Shown here: positions 53,534-64,000 of the stretch, piece after piece
How the letters are laid out: the number at the start of each line of letters is the position of its first letter
Numbering within the stretch: position 1 is the first letter of the stretch
DNA from: an uncultured Acidimicrobiales bacterium
GTDB lineage: Bacteria; Actinomycetota; Acidimicrobiia; Acidimicrobiales; SZUA-35
DNA: 64,000 nt
Reading direction: 5' to 3'
Assembly (NCBI GenBank): GCA_963793385.1
Contig: CAWCAF010000035.1
Location: forward strand, 54,322 to 118,321
The notes under the pieces: model-generated
Seen by the model: the letters and a program-made list of their open reading frames with translations, nothing else
What the model was told of the DNA's origin: nothing
Database searches by the model: none
Translations under genes and position numbers: made by a program

Positions 53534-54840
53534 ATGGGCGCCGGCGGTCGCGATTTCCACGACTTCAACACCGTGTTCCGCGACGACGCCGACCACGAGG
53601 TCGTCGCCTTCACCGCCGCCCAGATCCCGGGCATCGACGACCGCCGCTACCCCGCCTCTCTCGCCGGACCGCTCTACCCCGACGGCATCCCGATCGTGCC
53701 CGAAGTCGCAACTCGCCGACCTCGTGCACGACGCCGCCATCGACGAGGTCGTGTTCTCCTACAGCGACCTACCCCACGACGAGGTGATGCACCGGGCGTC
53801 CATCGCCATCGCCGCCGGCGCCGACTTCCGCCTGCTCGGCTCCCGGTCGACGCTGCTGGACAGCACGGCAAGGGTCATCGCCGTGTGCGCCACCCGCACC
53901 GGTTGCGGCAAGTCGCAGACGAGTCGGGCCATCGCCCGGATGCTGCGCGAATCCGGGCCTGCAGGTGGTGATGGTGCGCCACCCCATGCCCTACGGCGAC
54001 CTGGAATCGATGGCGGTGCAGAGGTTCACCACCCTCGCCGACATCGACGCCACCAATCCGACCGTCGAGGAACGGGAGGAATACGAGGCGGTCGTCGCCA
54101 TGGGTGTGGTCATGTTCGCGGGGGTGGACTATCACGCCATCCTTCGAGCCGCCGAACGCGAGGCCGACGTCGTGATCTGGGACGGCGGCAACAACGACCT
54201 CCCGTTCTTTCGGCCCGATCTCATGGTCACCGTCACCGACGCCCTCCGTCCCAGCGATGGCCGCAGCTACCATCCGGGCGAGATCAACCTGCGCCTGGCT
54301 GACATCGTGGTCGTCAACAAGGTGGACGCTGCCGCCGACGAGAGTGTCGAGCTGGCGATCGCCGACGCCCGCTGCGTGAATCCGTCCGCCGAGATCGTGC
54401 GCACGGCGTCACCGGTGCAGCTCGACCGGGGCCCGCCGGTCGAGGGTCGGCGGGTACTCGTGGTGGAGGACGGTCCTACGATCACCCACGGCGGTATGCC
54501 CTACGGTGCTGGCACGGTCGCAGCCCGCGCCGCTGGCGCCGGCGGGCTCATCGACCCCCGCCCGGTGGCGGTCGGCTCGATTGCGGCGACCTTCGAGCGC
54601 TATGCCCACATCGGCCCTGTCCTCCCGGCGATGGGCTATGGCGCAGAGCAGCTCGCCGAGCTGGCCGCCACAATCGCCGCCGTCGACTGCGATGTGGTGG
54701 TGATCGGCACCCCGATCGACCTGTCGCGGCTGATCGACATTCCGCACCCTGTCCGCCGCGCAATCTACGGTTCGGCCGACGCCGGCTCACCCACGTTGAC
54801 CGAGGCGATCATGGCCCGCACCCGCAACTGGACAGACTGA
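53534..54840 (+). CDS. Cyclic 2,3-diphosphoglycerate-synthetase-like P-loop protein (two frame changes)
   Basis: Segments GAGGRDFHDFNTVFRDD..EVVAFTAAQIPGI, RTGCGKSQTSR, RHPMPYGDL, TVEEREEYE and WDGGNNDLPFF match the cPGS-like family as remembered. Confidence 0.6.
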
Positions 54841-54857
54841 TCCCGTCCCCCAACCCA

Positions 54858-54937
54858 AAAATCGTCTCCTGCCCACCTCCTGGGTGGATTCAGCACGCCA
54901 GAAGGGGATCAATGTGGACTAGCGACGACAGAAACCC
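54858..54937 (+). repeat. Copy B of the ~80-bp imperfect direct repeat
   Basis: See copy A. Copy B lies between the convergent cPGS-like and histidine-kinase genes. Confidence 0.8.
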
Positions 54938-54968
54938 TCACTTGGTCACGACCGAGCAGGCCGGCGCC

Positions 54969-56298
54969 TCAGGCCACCGGTAGGTGAAAGCCGACCCGGG
55001 CGCCGCCGAGGGCCGATTGGGACACGCTGACCTCGCCCCCGTGCTGCTCAACGATCCCGGCAACGATCGAGAGCCCCAATCCTGATCCCGGTTTGGACCG
55101 ATCCTGATCTCGTCGGTAGAAGCGTTCGAAGACCAAGTTGTACTCGCTCTCGGGAATGCCCGGCCCGGCGTCGTCGACGAACACACCGGCTGGGCCGAAC
55201 TGGAGAAGGATCGGCGAGTCTGCCGGGCTGTATTTGTCGGCGTTGCTCAACAGATTGGTGATCGCGCGGGCCAGCGAATCAGCGTCGCCCATAACCGCGG
55301 CCGGCTCGGCCTGCACGACTACCTCCCGACCCGACAGACGTCGGAACCGGTCCACGGTGTCCTCGACCATCGGCGCGAGATCCGTCGGCACCAGGCGGGG
55401 TGGCCGGTGTGAATCCGTGGCCAGCTCGATGATCTCCGCCATCACATCGTTCAGCTCGCCCAGCTCACGACGAACCCCCGCCAACGTCTCGCTCCGAGTC
55501 GCTGGATCCACGTCGGGCGCTCGCATCAGCCACTCGACATTGGCCGTGAGACTGGTCAGCGGTGTCCGCAGCTCGTGCGCAGCGTCTTGCACCAAGCGGC
55601 GCTGCTGCTCCTGCGACAACTGGAGCGCTCCCAACATGCGGTTGAACCCGCGGGCCAACCGCCCCACCTCGTCACGCCCCGAGGCCGGGACCGGCACGGA
55701 GAAGTCACGCGTCTCGGCCACCTCGTCGACCGCATCGGTGAGCGCCCGCAAAGGGCGTGTGGTTCGTTGTGCAACGATCCAGCCAACTCCGGCTGACAGC
55801 AATGCCACCGCGCCGGCGATGGCGACGATCCGTGTCTGCAGCACGGTCGAGCAGGTCGGCCGACTCTTCGAGGGACCGAGCTACCTGAACCGCGCCGCCG
55901 TCCTTGAGGTGATCGGTGATCATCCGATACTCGATGCCATCGATGGAGACCGTCCGCAGCACGGCACGTCCCTCCGCGATGCGAGCTCGCGGTCGATGTC
56001 GTCCACGGGCAACGCCAGGCCGGTGTTGGACACGATCGCTCCGGCACGATCCAGAACCTGCACCTCGGAGTCGGGACCGACCGCCACGACAACCCGCTCG
56101 TTCGGCCTGCCATCGCGGCGGTCACCAGGCTGTTGTCGCTGCCCCCCGGTGATCTCGTTTGCTCGTCTCCTTCAAGAATCTGTCGACCTCAGCGGTGACC
56201 TGGCGATCGGTGGTCACATAGGAGGCACCGCCCACGAGCAGTGCCGTCGCGGCGGCCACGCCGGCGAAGACGATCGCCAACCGTGCGCCCAAGCCCAT
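54969..56298 (-). CDS. Sensor histidine kinase (HAMP-HisKA-HATPase_c; MprB/TcrY-like; about three frame changes in the N-terminal half)
   Basis: The 3' 291 aa are intact, with the H-box AAHELRTPLTSL and the segments NLLSNADKY and GSGLGLSIV. The N-terminal TM and sensor part is found in other frames up to the ATG at 56298. Confidence 0.8.
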
Positions 56299-56299
56299 C

Positions 56300-56997
56300 T
56301 CAGTCCTCCACCCGCAACACGAATCCGACGCCCCGAACCGTCTCGATCACCCGAGGCGTACCGTCGGCTTCGAGCTTGCGGCGCAGATAGCCGACGTGGA
56401 CGTCGAGCGACCTCGACGAGTCGCCGAAGTCGTAGCCCCAGATCCGGTCGTACATCACCGATCGTTCCAGGACGATGCCGGCGTTGCGCATCAGCAGTTC
56501 CAGAATGGCGAACTCGGTGCGGGTCAGATCGATCTCGCCGCTGGGTCCGGTCACCTGTCGGCGAGGAACGTCCATGGTGAATGGGCCGGCGGTCAGCTTG
56601 TCGCCGCCCTCGTCGTCGACTCGACGCAACAGCGCACGCACTCGGGCGAGTAGCTCGTCGAGTTCGAAGGGTTTGGTGACGTAGTCGTCTGCTCCGGCGT
56701 CGAGCCCGGCCACCCGATCGCTCACCTCGTGTCGGGCGGTCAGCATCAGAACCGGCGTGCGGTCGCCCCGTTCCCGCAGGCGCCGGCAGACCGCCAGACC
56801 GTCGACGAAGGGCATCATCACGTCGAGCACGATCGCCTCGGGCTGGTGTTCCCGGCTATCGCTTCGAGTGCTGCCGCGCCGTCGTTGACGGTGATCACGT
56901 CGTAGCCCTCGTAGGTGAGGATGCGGTCGAGCGCCTGTCGGATCTCGGCGTCGTCCTCGGCGACGAGCAGGCGGTGGGTTCGTTGGACAGAAGTCAC
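56300..56997 (-). CDS. OmpR/PhoB-family response regulator (one frame change near 56850)
   Basis: GTG start. The receiver is LLVAEDD....DVMMPFVDGL..PVLMLTAR and the winged helix is LTRTEFAILELLMRN.G.V..R......IWGYDF......LDVHVGYLR.KLE. Confidence 0.85.
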
Positions 56998-57063
56998 GAG
57001 TGGCTCCGGAGAGGTCGATGGGCGGGTGTGAATCGCTCACGTTGAGTCTTGCGCAAGAACGAG

Positions 57064-57144
57064 GCTGCTCCGGACCACCAGCGATGGTCCGGAGCAGCAA
57101 ATCCTGCGCTCATTGGGGAGAGGGTGGCGGGATGAGCGCAGGAT
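57064..57144 (-). terminator. Two consecutive perfect 13-bp-stem hairpins downstream of the secreted-protein gene
   Basis: The first is gctgctccggacc-(9 nt)-ggtccggagcagc at 57064-57098. The second is atcctgcgctcat-(18 nt)-atgagcgcaggat at 57101-57144. Both arm pairs are exact reverse complements. Confidence 0.55.
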
Positions 57145-57150
57145 GATCAC

Positions 57151-57687
57151 TCAGGCCCGAACGGCGGCGACGCCGTTGACCCGATCGGTGATGCGGCCCT
57201 CGAGCTCGGCCAGCTTCTCGTCGGCCTCGTCCTGAGTGATGCGACCCTCGGCGACCTTCTCGGCGATGCGGTCGGCCTTGGCCTCGACCATCGCGTCGAC
57301 CACGACGTCCACCTCGACGCCGTTGGCTTCGGCTACATCGGCGATGCTCTGCCCGTCCTGCACTGCAGAGCGGAGGTCTGCTTCGTCGACGCCGATCGCC
57401 TCAGCGGCTGCCTCGAGGTTGCAGCCGCCACGGTGACCGCGTCGCCCGCGCCGCTCACCGTCGACGTCGCCTTCGGTGTCGGATTCCTCGGTGTCGGTCT
57501 CCTGCACCTGAACGGTGAGATCGTCGATAGCACCGCCGTCCTCCACCGTGTTGTCGGTGGAGGTTTCGGACTGGGGAGCGGTTTGATCGCTTCCGTAGCT
57601 CTGCGCCGAGGCGACCGAGGCAGCCGATAGGCCACCGACGGTGAGCCCGGCGATCGCTGCCATGATTGCGAACTTCTTGTTCTTCAT
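57151..57687 (-). CDS. Secreted acidic protein of unknown function
   Basis: Intact 178 aa with a signal peptide (MKNKKFAIMAAIAGLTVGGLSAASVASA). An acidic region is followed by an RRGRRGHRGGC segment and a helical C-terminus. Confidence 0.5.
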   Translation of the reverse strand: MKNKKFAIMAAIAGLTVGGLSAASVASAQSYGSDQTAPQSETSTDNTVEDGGAIDDLTVQVQETDTEESDTEGDVDGERRGRRGHRGGCNLEAAAEAIGVDEADLRSAVQDGQSIADVAEANGVEVDVVVDAMVEAKADRIAEKVAEGRITQDEADEKLAELEGRITDRVNGVAAVRA

Positions 57688-57994
57688 TTCTTTGTTCTCC
57701 TTTGGGAGGGGTTGGTTGGTGTTGAAGAGCAGTTTCCGGCACCGCCGGCAACCGGCCGGCAGGCCAGTGACAAGACCCTGACAAGTTCCGACTCAGCCGA
57801 TGCGCGCCGGTCTCGGGCTTCCGTCGTGGACTGCGTGCAGGCCAGACCTGTCGGCGAAGCGCCGAAACATGGACCGGATGATCCGGATGGGTGTCCGGAT
57901 GACCCAGGCTGAGACCGGCTAGGAAATCGCGAGATCCGGGCGGGTTCGCACGAGGTGTTGCCAAGAGGCCTCGGCACAGATTTGCTCAGCGACC

Positions 57995-60233
57995 TCACCG
58001 GCCTCGGCGGCTACGCGCTTCCACTGGGAAGGGGCCCCTTCGCCGGTCTCGATCCACTTCCGCCGCCGGAGGCTCCTGTGTGGATTCGGTCGTGGGAGGC
58101 CTGGTGGCGCCGCCGGGCTCGATGGGGACGTCGCCCTCGGAGGAGCTGGCCGACACCGACGGTGCCTCGGACGCGGACGAGGCGAAGAACACGTTCGCCG
58201 GAAGGTCGGCGGCATCGACGTCGGTGTTGTCGGCGATGACCGATGCGAGCGTGCGCCGATAGTCGACCCCGTACTCATCGAGGATGGACTCGAGGATCGG
58301 GTCGTTTCCGTAGAAGAAGCGATCGCCGTCTCGGAGTGCTTCGAACTGGGTCTCCCACATCGCGAGTTGGAGTTCGCCGAATTCGGTGCCGGCCACGTGT
58401 GGCTCGCTGACCATCCCGGTGAAGGCGTCGACCTCGTCGACGGAGCCGAACAACGCCTTCAGACGAGCGGCGACCGTCGTTCTGCGCTCGGTCATGACGG
58501 TTTCGGTGTCGGCTTCGATCGTGCCGGGCTCGAGCTCGTTTCCGGTGAGATCGGCGAGCCGGATCACGTCGAGGATGTCGGGATCGTCGATCGGATCGCT
58601 GGAGTCGATCAGGGGATCCTCGGGAAATTCCTCGGTCGCTTCGCCGGTGAGGTCGGCGAACGAGGTCACCGGTTCCAATCCGTAGGCGACCCGCAGCTCG
58701 TTGTAGGTGGCCATGCCATGGTCGTAGCCCCGCGCCACGTCGAGAGCGCCCAGATCGTTGACCCCCGTGAAGCAGTTCTCAATGCCGTCGCCGTCCAGGC
58801 AGTCGAGAGGGTTCTCGGTGTCGGGGCCGGGTATTTGAAACAACACGCTGCGAAGTTGGTTGTCGATCTGCTCGTCGTTGGCGTAGGCCGATTCCGAAGC
58901 GAGGCCGGCGAGAAGGTTTCCGAGACCGATCTGGCTGAGCAGCCCCGGGCTACCGAAGGCGACATTGAGCGGCACCGCGACCTCGGCGACGTCGCCGACG
59001 ACCTCGACCTCGACGCCTTGTGCCTCCAACGCATCGAGCCCGTCGACACCGAGGTCGCTGACGGGGACTTCGGCTTCGAACTCACCGTGGATCTGCGAGT
59101 GGGCCCGGTAGCCGACGGTGGCGAACTCGTTGGTGATCGTCGGGTCGACGCTCGGGTCATAGCCCGCATAGGGATCGAGATCCACTCCCATCGCCGGCAG
59201 GAACTCGTTGTAGGTGACGTACTGCTGGGTGGCGGTGAGGACCCGTCGAGCGATCTGGAACTTCGTCTCCTCGTCGAGATCGTGCAGGAAGCGCGTCGAC
59301 GATCCGGTTGTGCTCCCGCAACATGAGGGTGTGGATGGCGGTGAGGCCGATGTTCTCGTTGACACGAACATCGCCGGCGATGACGGCCGATTCGGGGTCT
59401 CCGAACAGCCTGCCGACGAGATCGGTCTCGGGTGCTTCGGTGCCGGCCCTGGCCGACGCAGTCGGAAGATAGCCGTCGACATCCAACAGGGTCGCGTCGT
59501 TGTTGATCGGATCGCCGTCGACAAGGCCGTCTCGCAGCCAGTCGAGGCGTTCGTCGGTGCCGCCATAGATCGCCCACCCGTCAATGTAGGAACTCACCGT
59601 GTTGAGCTGCTCGCGGGTGGTATCGACCCCGGTGCCGTCGGCGGCGGCCGACCGGGTGGTGGCGATGCCACCGAGGTCATTGGTGAACGATTCGAGAGGA
59701 TCGGTCGGGTCGAACGCGATCGTCATGTCCTCATCGGAGGTTTCACGGTTTCCGATCGTGTGGTCGATGAACTGTCCCCAGACGAATCCCCAGTGGGTCA
59801 CCTCGTTCTCGGAGAAGATGTTCTGGTTCGTGTCGTTGAAGATCCGATTGCTGAGATATCGCTCTGGGGGGCCCGTTTCCGGCTCACCGATCCCGTCGGC
59901 GTAGTTGGCCGGGACAAGGCGCCGGTAGATCGAGCCGGCAGCACCCAGCGTGGAAACGGCAACGTTGTTTCCCGACCCGTCGAGACTTCTCACCTCACCC
60001 AGTTCGAAGGAGACCGCTGCCCCGTCCTGGTCGGTCTGACCCTGCGTGGCGACGCCCCGAGTGCTGTCGGTCTGGGTTCTGGCCGACAACTCCACGGCGC
60101 CGAATCCGATGGCGCCACCGGCGAGGAACGGCAGCGTCAGAACGGTGACCAGGTGAAATCGTTCTCTCCATGGCCGGTCGGGGCGGGACGCAGCGCGCGG
60201 ATTGTCGCTCTCGCGATGTGGGTGGGCTTTCAT
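57995..60233 (-). CDS. Animal-type heme peroxidase family protein (An_peroxidase-like), with membrane anchor or signal (one frame change near 59300)
   Basis: GAGGAG precedes the ATG at 60233. Diagnostic segments are WGQFIDHTI (distal His region), RVNENIGLTAIHTLMLREHNRI, TNEFATVGYRAHS and LRDGDRFFY. Confidence 0.75.
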
Positions 60234-60508
60234 GGGATGCTCCTCGGTTCGGGAAGCCACATCGAATACCCATCGGGTCAAGACGGTTGGAGCGCGGTGG
60301 CAAGGAATCGGCAAGATCCTTCAGGGCGGGCCGGAAAGAACCCGATGGGCGGCGTGTCGCCGGGCGCAGGGTGGACGCCGTCGCCGTCGTCGATGATGTG
60401 GTCGACAAACCTGTCGCTTTGGCCGGCCGCCGCGTTGCTAGGGTCCCTCGGTGCAAGTCGGCGGCGACCTGTCACAATGGTCCCGCAACAACCTGTGAGG
60501 GGGCTTGG

Positions 60509-63053
60509 TTGATCTATCGGTTCCACGAGTGCGAACTCGATGTGACTCGGCTCGTCCTTCGCCGGGACGGACTCGAGGTCCACGTCGAGCCTCAGGTCTT
60601 CGACCTGCTCGTTTGCCTCGTGGAACACCGCGGCCAGGTCGTCCTGAAAGAGGTACTGCTCGACAGCGTCTGGGGCGATCGATTCGTCAGCGACTCGGCG
60701 CTCACGACTCGCATCAAATCCGCCCGTCACGCGGTCGGCGACGACGGAACCCAACAGTCGATCATTCGGACAGCACACGGCCGCGGCTACGAGTTCGTCG
60801 CCGAGGTGACCCCGATCGAAGGCCCGGGGCCACAGGTACCATCGCCCCTCGCCGACCGGGATCACCGCCCGAACGGTCGTCGCTTCCGGCGGCGGTTCAG
60901 CCCCTCATCGGCCGCCGGGAGTTGCTCAGGCGACTCGTTCGAAGAAATCGGATCCAACCGTCTCATCACCTTGGTCGGCCCCAGCGGCGTCGGGAAAACC
61001 TCGGTCGCCTATGAGCTCGCCAGGACGGTCGAGCGCGACTTCCCCGACGGTATCCATCTGGTCGAGTTGGTGAGCGTCGTCGACGAGGAGAGTGCCTTCG
61101 AGGCCTTCGCAACCTCGCTGGATGTGAACACTCGCCAACAAACGTCGATCGACGATTCGATCATCGAGACACTCCGTTCACGGCATGGCCTCCTGCTCCT
61201 CGACAACTGCGAGCACCTGATCGAACCGGTGGCATCGCTGGCCAGCCGAATCATGCGCGCCGCACCCGGTGTGTCGATCCTTGCCACGAGCCGCGAAGCA
61301 CTCGCCATCGCCGGCGAACACGTCTGGAAGGTCGAGCCGCTTCCCACCGTCAGCTCCGGTTCGCTCACCCCTGAGGAACTGGCATCGGTTCCCGCCATCG
61401 CCCTGTTCGTCGAACGGGCAAAGGCGGCTGACCCGGGATTCGAGATGACCGCAACGAACGCGGCGTCGGTGGTCGAGATCTGTCATCGGCTCGACGGCAT
61501 TCCTCTCGCCATCGAACTCGCCGCCTCCCGCGCGAGATCCATCGACGTCGAGGAGATCGCCCGACGGCTCGATGAACGATTTCGCCTTCTCAAGGCCGTG
61601 AGGCGAGGTTCGGATCCTCGCCATCAAACACTGCACGATGCGATCAGCTGGTCCTACGACCTCCTCGCGGGCGACGAGCAACGGGTATTCGAGACCCTGG
61701 CCGTGTTCGCCGGACAGTTCGACCTGGCCGACGCTGAGGCGGTGTGCAAGGACACCTACGTACTCGATCACCTCACCCGTCTCGCCGAACGTTCGATGCT
61801 GGCCGTTCGACGGCCAACCGCCGGCGGGACACGCTATGAGCTCCTCGAAACACTTCGTGAGTACGGCCGCAACAAACTCGATGAAACCGAACGAGTCGAG
61901 CTGTTGTCGACGCATGCCGACCGTCTTCGTCTCACTGGCCAGACAGGTGCGAGTTGACCAGCAAACCGCCGATGAGGGTCGTGCCGTCGCCCGTGCTGAC
62001 GCATCGTTCTCCGATCTGCGTTCGGCCCAGCGCTTCGCTTCGCAGATCGGCGATTTCGATTCGGCCTTCGAGCTCGATCGGGGCACTGCGCGAGTACGCC
62101 ATGCGGAGGCTGCGGTACGAGGTCTTCGGCTGGGCGGATGCCGCGTCGCTCTCGGCCGACGACGCCGGCCGAGCAGATCGACCCGATCGTCACCGCCGTC
62201 CGATCCTACGGGGCATGGGTCCGCGGCGAATTCGATCAAGCGCTCGCACTCGCCGTGCAGCGCCCGCAAGGCCGAGGAAGCGACGGGCCTGGCGCCGTCG
62301 GGACTCGTCGAACGCGTGTCGCCAACGTCCTGTACACCTCGGGCGAAATCGAGGCCGGCCTCGCTGAGACGGCGCGGATGATGGATGCTCGCTCTCGATT
62401 CGGGAAACCACTCTCGAGTCGCTCACGCCTTCTACATGGGGTCGGTCGCCGTGAGCTCGATCGGCGACTACGACGAGGCCAGGCGACGGATCGAGGTGGT
62501 CCAGGACAGCGCACAACGCACCGGCAATCCGACCGACATGGCCTCGGCCTGGGTTGCGGTGGGTTTTGCCGCCGAGCACGACAACGATGCAGCCCTCGAG
62601 GCCTTCGACAACGCCGATCGACTGGCTCGATCCGCAGGTAATCGTTGGATGAGTGGCTTTGCCCGAACCGAGGCCTGCGGGCTCCTCGTCCATCGCGGCG
62701 ACATCGAAGAGGGCGGCCGGGGACTGGCCGAGCTCGTCGACATGTGGTTCCGGGCCGGTGAGTGGTCGCATCAGTGGACGACGCTGTCGCGGTGTGTCAT
62801 CGCCCTCGACCGGCTTGGTCAGCCCGAACTCGCAGCCCAGGCGGTCGGTGCGATCGAGGCACACACCACGATGGGTTGTCCTCCGGTCACGCCGGCGATC
62901 CGGGATGTGGTCTTCGAAACCCGCGACTCCCTCACGGCTCAGCTCGGCGAAGAACTAGCGATTCGCGAACGCATGATCGGCGCCAACTCGCCCCTGGCCG
63001 ACCTCGTCAACAGGACGAGAAGCGCCCTCCTCGGCCGACAGGGCCACTTCTAG
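60509..63053 (+). CDS. Large regulator: OmpR/PhoB-type winged-helix DNA-binding domain plus NB-ARC-like P-loop ATPase plus TPR-like C-terminus (about four frame changes between 61930 and 62390)
   Basis: A TTG start at 60509 follows GAGGGGG. The wHTH is VFDLLVCLVEHRGQVVLKEVLLDSVWG..RGYEF, the P-loop is LVGPSGVGKTS, then LLLLDNCEH and GIPLAIELAA. The helical-repeat C-terminus lies in several frames and ends at 63053. Confidence 0.7.
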
Positions 63054-64000
63054 AAAGCACGGACGCGACCTCCCGCTTTGCTGGCGAGTTGGTCGAGGTG
63101 TTGATGAAGCGAGACGACGAGTTCGGCAGCATCCGGTCCGACACCGTCGATGAAGCTCGACTTGCGCCGCCGCATGAATGGCTCGCCGAGCAGGTAGAGG
63201 CCGGGAAGATCGCACACTCCACCGTCATGGGCGATTCGGCCACGCTGGTCGAAGGCGGTGGGATCGAGCCACGAGTAGTTCGGCCGGTAGCCGGTAGCCC
63301 AGACGACCGACGCGAAACGGTTGAGGGGGAGCTCGGTCGGGACCGTGCCGAGACGGGTCCTTTCCGGCCTTGTCGGCTCGGGCAGCTCATCGGCGAATCC
63401 TTGTTCGACCACATATTCGTCGATGCGGTCGAGGAGACGGTTCTGCTTGAGATCGGCGTTGGCGATGAGGTGCGCCGGCGTGCCGGAGAATTGCGCCCTC
63501 GTACCTGCGACCTGCATGAACTTGCCGACGACGCCGACCCCCGCCGACATGAGGGCATTGAGATCGAGGGTCCGCTGTTCAGGAGTCCCGATGAGCTGGA
63601 GCGACGGGAGTCGTCTGGCCCTCGTCAGATTCTCCACCTCGTCGTAGCGCTCGTCGAGCTGTCCGATGGCATCCATCCACCAGTGGATGTCACGCCCCCG
63701 ATACCGGCGCGGCAATCGGACATGGTCACCGACCGCGACCGTCACCTGCCTGCCGGTGCGCTGCAGCTCATCGGCGATCTGGGCGCCGGAAGCCGAGGCC
63801 CCGACAACCAACACCTCGCCCTGTGGGATCTGACCGGGGTTTCGATATTGGAGGGCGTTGAGCTGGCAGATCTCGGAAGGCACGTGCGCCGCAGACCGCC
63901 GGGATTCTCGGCTCGCTCGACGCACCCGTGGCAATGACGACGCAGGCGCAGGACCACCGCCCTCGATCGGTCACGCACGTCGAATCCGTTGCCCGGTTGC
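63050..64000 (-). CDS. FAD/NAD(P)-binding flavin monooxygenase-like oxidoreductase (5' end runs off the window; frame change near 63900)
   Basis: VLVVGASASGAQIADEL is the second Rossmann motif, ATGYRPNYSWL follows, and VVIATGASSEPRIP is in an adjacent frame upstream. Confidence 0.65.

Noticed and set aside
1-64000. tRNA, rRNA, tmRNA and known riboswitch signatures
   Set aside because: A visual scan found no T-loop (GGTTCGAATCC-like) context, no rRNA-like segments and no recognisable riboswitch cores. Absence cannot be proven without tRNAscan or Infernal.

Overview
High-G+C (individual 60-nt lines about 70-75% G+C) chromosomal segment that looks Actinomycetota-like. It carries nucS/EndoMS, ettA, cysQ, a SigK/RskA-like pair, MT0933-like and VanW genes, and LuxR- and OmpR-type two-component systems. 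All calls come from reading the ORF translations and the DNA by eye; no searches were run. Most of the window is ordinary housekeeping, regulatory and membrane genes.

Three things stand out:
1. An ~8.9-kb low-G+C island (about 9609-18494) sits directly after nucS and is bracketed by perfect 228-bp direct repeats made of the nucS 3' end. Its left edge is an IS256-family transposase remnant. Its cargo is a compact carrier-protein-dependent cassette: Fmt-like formyltransferase, ACP-GNAT fusion, stand-alone adenylation enzyme, luciferase-like monooxygenase, ATP-grasp ligase and PLP-dependent decarboxylase. The ACP + ATP-grasp + PLP-decarboxylase + LLM core matches the enzyme logic of the butirosin AHBA side-chain pathway (BtrI/J/K/O). 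The extra partners differ from that pathway, and no aminoglycoside core genes are present.
2. Frameshifts are pervasive. Many conserved genes (ettA, a FadD-like ligase, a HerA-like ATPase, a quinone oxidoreductase and others) can only be read by hopping between frames, while the island and several neighbours are almost intact. Consensus indel error is more likely than true genome decay, but this needs read-level checking.
3. Several small unexplained DNA structures are present:
- an ~80-bp imperfect direct repeat flanking an AIR-synthase-like/cPGS-like gene pair
- a C14 homopolymer in a 5' leader
- 15-nt tandem repeats at the 5' end of an MT0933-like gene
- duplicated TetR operator palindromes
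- tandem perfect hairpins

No rRNA, tRNA or CRISPR array was recognised.
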